A stretch of 64,000 nucleotides of DNA from Octopus sinensis. Its lineage: Eukaryota. The position numbers and the translations under genes are program-made. Where the stretch lies: NCBI RefSeq assembly GCF_006345805.1, contig NC_042997.1, positions 117,800,001 through 117,864,000 of the forward strand, written 5' to 3'. Of the stretch, positions 60,350 to 64,000 are shown one piece after another. Every line of letters begins with the position of its first letter. Position 1 is the first letter of the stretch. The notes under the pieces were generated by a model. The model ran no database searches and was not told the origin of the DNA. It saw nothing but the letters and a program-made list of their open reading frames with translations.

Positions 60350-61135
60350 CACAAACACACGACAGGCTTCTTTCCGTTTCCATCTACCAAATCCACTCAC
60401 AAGGCTTTGGTCAGCCTGAGGCTATAGTAGAAGACACTGGGACTGAACCCAGAACCATGTTGTTGGTAAGCAAGGTACTTACCACACAGCCACTCCTGTG
60501 CCCTTTGTTGCTTATCATTTTAGAAAACTAGAATAATCAGAATGACAGCAAGTATACAGCTGTCATCATCATCATCATCATCGTCATATTTTATGTGTGC
60601 TTTCGAGTGAGACAGGTCATCATGGTGAAAAGTTAGCATGTATTCAGAGCTACCGTACTCACCTAGATGGTGTGGAAATCCGTAGCTCACTCTTTGTTTG
60701 GCTTCAACATTTAGATACCCTTACTAACACCATCTACCAGAGACGCATTCTATCCAGTATGGTTAGGAAAGTAGCTTTGCAACAAATAGTTCCGGGTTCA
60801 ATCCCACAGCTGACAATGTCTTCTACCATAGCATGAAGTTGGTCAGTAACTTTTAAGTGGAATTTTATTAGTAGAAAAACCAATAAACTGTTGCTCAATT
60901 TAACACCATTACCTAACATCTTGGATGCCTTTAAAGGAGTCTACTCTACTTTAGGTGTTACCTTCTAGCATTTAAACAGGTCATATCTGGCTCGAAATAT
61001 TCTACTTGTTTTACATTCAAACTGACTGGATCCAGCCTCTCACACATATCCTAGAATGTCATTCTAAAAATAAATGACCACATCATTGAAATTCCAAAGT
61101 TATAAGGTATTGCATGAGTAATTCAAAACAACAAA

Positions 61136-61517
61136 AACAAGAGCACTCAGAGAGTGCAAACCTCTGCCAAGGCAACACCAACATCCTCTCAATGATTAGC
61201 CAGAGATGATTTTCAAAATGAGAATATCTGAAATAAACTAGACTTCTACCACAAACGAGAATACTAAAAATGAACCCAACTGCTCTCAAAAATCAAGTAA
61301 AAAAACGAAAAACACTCCAGAATCATTGTCCAGTACTGGATTAACCCCAAAATCTAGTCAGTTCATGCCAGTCACAAGGCCAAACATTCCCGAAAGTTTC
61401 ATCCAAATCCATCCAGCAGTCCTTGAGGTATCTTGTCCATGGACAGACAGACAAACAAACAAACAAACAAATGCAACTGAAAACAATATCTCCGCCTTCG
61501 CTAAAGCAGAGGTAATA
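61136..61517 (-). mobile_element. Helentron-associated non-autonomous element (HINE/DINE-1-like)
   Basis: Minus strand: TTATTACCTCTGC 5' subterminal repeat, (GTTT)n(GTCT)n microsatellite, 3' GGCAGAGGT inverted partner, then a GCACTCTCTGAGTGC stem-loop and T-rich end. Confidence 0.72.
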
Positions 61518-62183
61518 AGTAAGCATTATATTAGACAGAGTAATCTGAATGCTAAAGGGTTAAGTCACAGTCTCTGGTACAAGGATATATTTCTCCCTCC
61601 TCCCTGATCTTTGGATTCATTTGTAATATACACCTGACAATAACAATGGATACTATTTCATTTTTATACATCTGGATGACGTTACATTTCTGGTCATATT
61701 ATATGAATTGTGTCATGTTCATGACAATAATACATGCCATGTCACATTCTTAATGATAATGTATGGATTCAATTATATTTGACAAAAGCTTAGACAGTAT
61801 GACACACGCTGGGTAATAAACTATAAAATAATGTTTGACAGTAATGTGGTATAAATATTTTTCTTTTTTTTTTCTATGAAAGGATCATTAAATAGGCCTA
61901 GGCATGGTTGGGTGGAAAGCATAGGCGCAAGTGTGGCAGTGTGGTAGGAAGTTTGTTTCTCAGCTTCATGGTTCCAGGTTCAGTTTCACTGCGTGACACC
62001 TTGAGCAAGTGTCTTCTATTATAGCCTTGGGCTGATCAAAGGTCTTGTGAACAGATTTGGTAGACAGAAACTGGATCGTAGGGCAACCTGCTGTGCTTGA
62101 GGAGACCTATTGAGTCAAGTACATCAACATCAAAATAAAAATCAAATGGATATTGTAGTTGGGATATCTGTGCTGGTGACACG

Positions 62184-62943
62184 TTGGGCTTCACAGAGGA
62201 AATGACGAAAGACCGAGACCTCTGAGATATGCTGTGACTGCGAAGACCCAACAAATGAAGTGAGTTCAAAGCTTGCAGGATGCCCTGCTGTGCTAACCTT
62301 GGATTGTAGAGTGACCCGCTGTGCTTGAGGAGACCTATTGAGTCAAGTACGTCAACATCAACATCAAAATAAAAATCAAATGGAAATTGAAGTTATGATA
62401 CCTGTGCCGGTGGCACATAAAAAGCGCCCACTACACTCACGGAGTGGTTGGCATTAGAAAGGGCATCCAGCTGTAGAAACACTGCCAGATCAGACTGGAG
62501 CCTGGCGCAGCCTCCTGGCTTCCCAGACCCCGGTCAAACCATCCAACCCATGCTAGCATGGAAAACGGACATTAAACAATGATGATGATGATGATGATAT
62601 CATCATGATTATCATCATTGTTTGACGTCCATTTTCCATGCTGGCATGGGTTGGACTGGCAAGCCGGGAAGCTGCACGAGGCTCCAATCTGATTTGACAA
62701 GGTTTCTACAGCTGGATGCCCTTCCTAATGCCAACCACTCTGAGAGTGAAGTGGGTGCTTTTTACATCCCACTGGCATGGGAGCCAGTTAGATGGCACAA
62801 GCATCACCCACACTCAAATAGTGCATTTTACATGCTACCAGCATGGCTACCAGTCAGGTGGCACTGGCATCAGCCATGCTCAAATGGTGCTTTTTACATG
62901 CCACTAGCATTGGGTGCCAGTCAGGCAACACCGGCATCGGAAC

Positions 62944-62945
<2 letters not shown>
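62184..62945. mobile_element. Tail-to-tail pair of RTE 3'-end elements (+ 62184-62597; - 62598-62945)
   Basis: The (GAT)n tail of the plus copy abuts the (ATC)n tail of the minus copy at about 62598. Confidence 0.85.
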
Positions 62946-62988
<43 letters not shown>

Positions 62989-63516
62989 TGTATATACACG
63001 CACACAGATGTGTGTATGTCTTTGTGTCTGTGTTTGTCCTTCACCACTGCTTGACAACTTGTGCTGGTTTATTTATGTCCCCATAACTTAGTGGTTCAAC
63101 AAAAGACCAATAGAATAAGCACCAATCTTTAGAAAAATGAAAAATAAGTATTGGGGTTGATTCAGTCAACTAAAAGTTCTTCAAGGCGGTGCCCCAGCAT
63201 GGCCACAGACTGAAACAAATAAAAGATGAAAAGTAATATAACCAACTTTAAGAATACCATAAAGATGGTGCCCCAGCATGGTCGTAATCCTTTGACTGAA
63301 ACTGATAAAAAAAGTTAGAGAAAAGAAAGAAGAAAAAAGTTGCAATGCCAGTGAGAAGAATAATTGGTTTGAATTAACACCAAAAGAGAGAGAAGACCTA
63401 AAAATAAGGACATGATTTCTGAGATACTTTGTCATCATCATCATCTAATACCAATATCCCATGCTGACATCTGGGTTGGACCACTGGCATCAGTTCAAAA
63501 TCAGAATCCCATTCTT

Positions 63517-63932
63517 ATTTTTCTATTGCCCACAAGGGGCTAAACATAGAGGGGACAAACAAGGACAGACAAAGGGATTAAGTCGATTACATCGACCCCA
63601 GTGTATAACTGGTACTTATTTAATCGACCCCGAAAGGATGAAAGGCAAAGTCGACCTCGGCGGAATTTGAACTCAGAACGTAAAAACAGACGAATTACCT
63701 ATTTCTTTACTACCCTCAAGGGGCTAAACACAGAGAGGACAAACAAGGACAGACAAATGGATTAAGTCGATTACATCGACCCCAGTGTATAACTGGTACT
63801 TATTTAATCGACCCCGAAAGGATGAAAGGCAAAGTTGACCTCGGCAGAATTTGAACTCACAACGTAAAGACAGATGAAATACCGCTAAGCATTTCACTCA
63901 GCATGCTAACATTTCTGCCAGCTGGCTGCCTT
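63517..63932 (-). mobile_element. SINE family B partial tandem dimer (184-bp period)
   Basis: Two near-identical units; only the right-hand one retains the tRNA-like head. CpGs are retained, so it is probably young. Confidence 0.88.
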
Positions 63933-64000
63933 CAGAATCCAATTCTTTTTTTCTTTAATCATAGATGTTGTTAGAATTCATTTGAAACAGAAAACAAAAC

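Overview
AT-rich eukaryotic genomic DNA packed with microsatellites, tRNA-derived SINEs, RTE-clade LINE fragments, Helitrons and MITEs. The repeat landscape suggests a coleoid cephalopod (Octopus-like); this is inference and no database was consulted. The one securely identifiable gene is a plus-strand KMT5A/SETD8/PR-Set7 histone H4K20 monomethyltransferase. I assembled it by hand from six phase-compatible GT-AG exons (6302-6311, 18877-19186, 25648-25744, 28872-28931, 32485-32675, 33493-33703; 879 nt, 292 aa). It carries a CRL4-Cdt2 PIP degron and the SET domain ending HPWLRD. The region at about 5.6-6.3 kb looks like a bidirectional promoter with a divergent spliced transcript. No second gene could be named in 34-64 kb, although a speculative chain of short exons exists at 37.5-48.1 kb. 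The most unusual signals are: (i) several unrelated minimal type I hammerhead-ribozyme motifs, including one with a fully intact core that is paired with a degenerate copy 367 bp away (retrozyme/Penelope-like layout); (ii) a PHD-type C4HC3 finger embedded in the RTE reverse-transcriptase ORF; (iii) a 35-bp satellite growing out of a hAT terminus, with a 350-bp higher-order duplication; and (iv) long foldback elements. Nearly all long ORFs in the supplied track are microsatellite or repeat artefacts.
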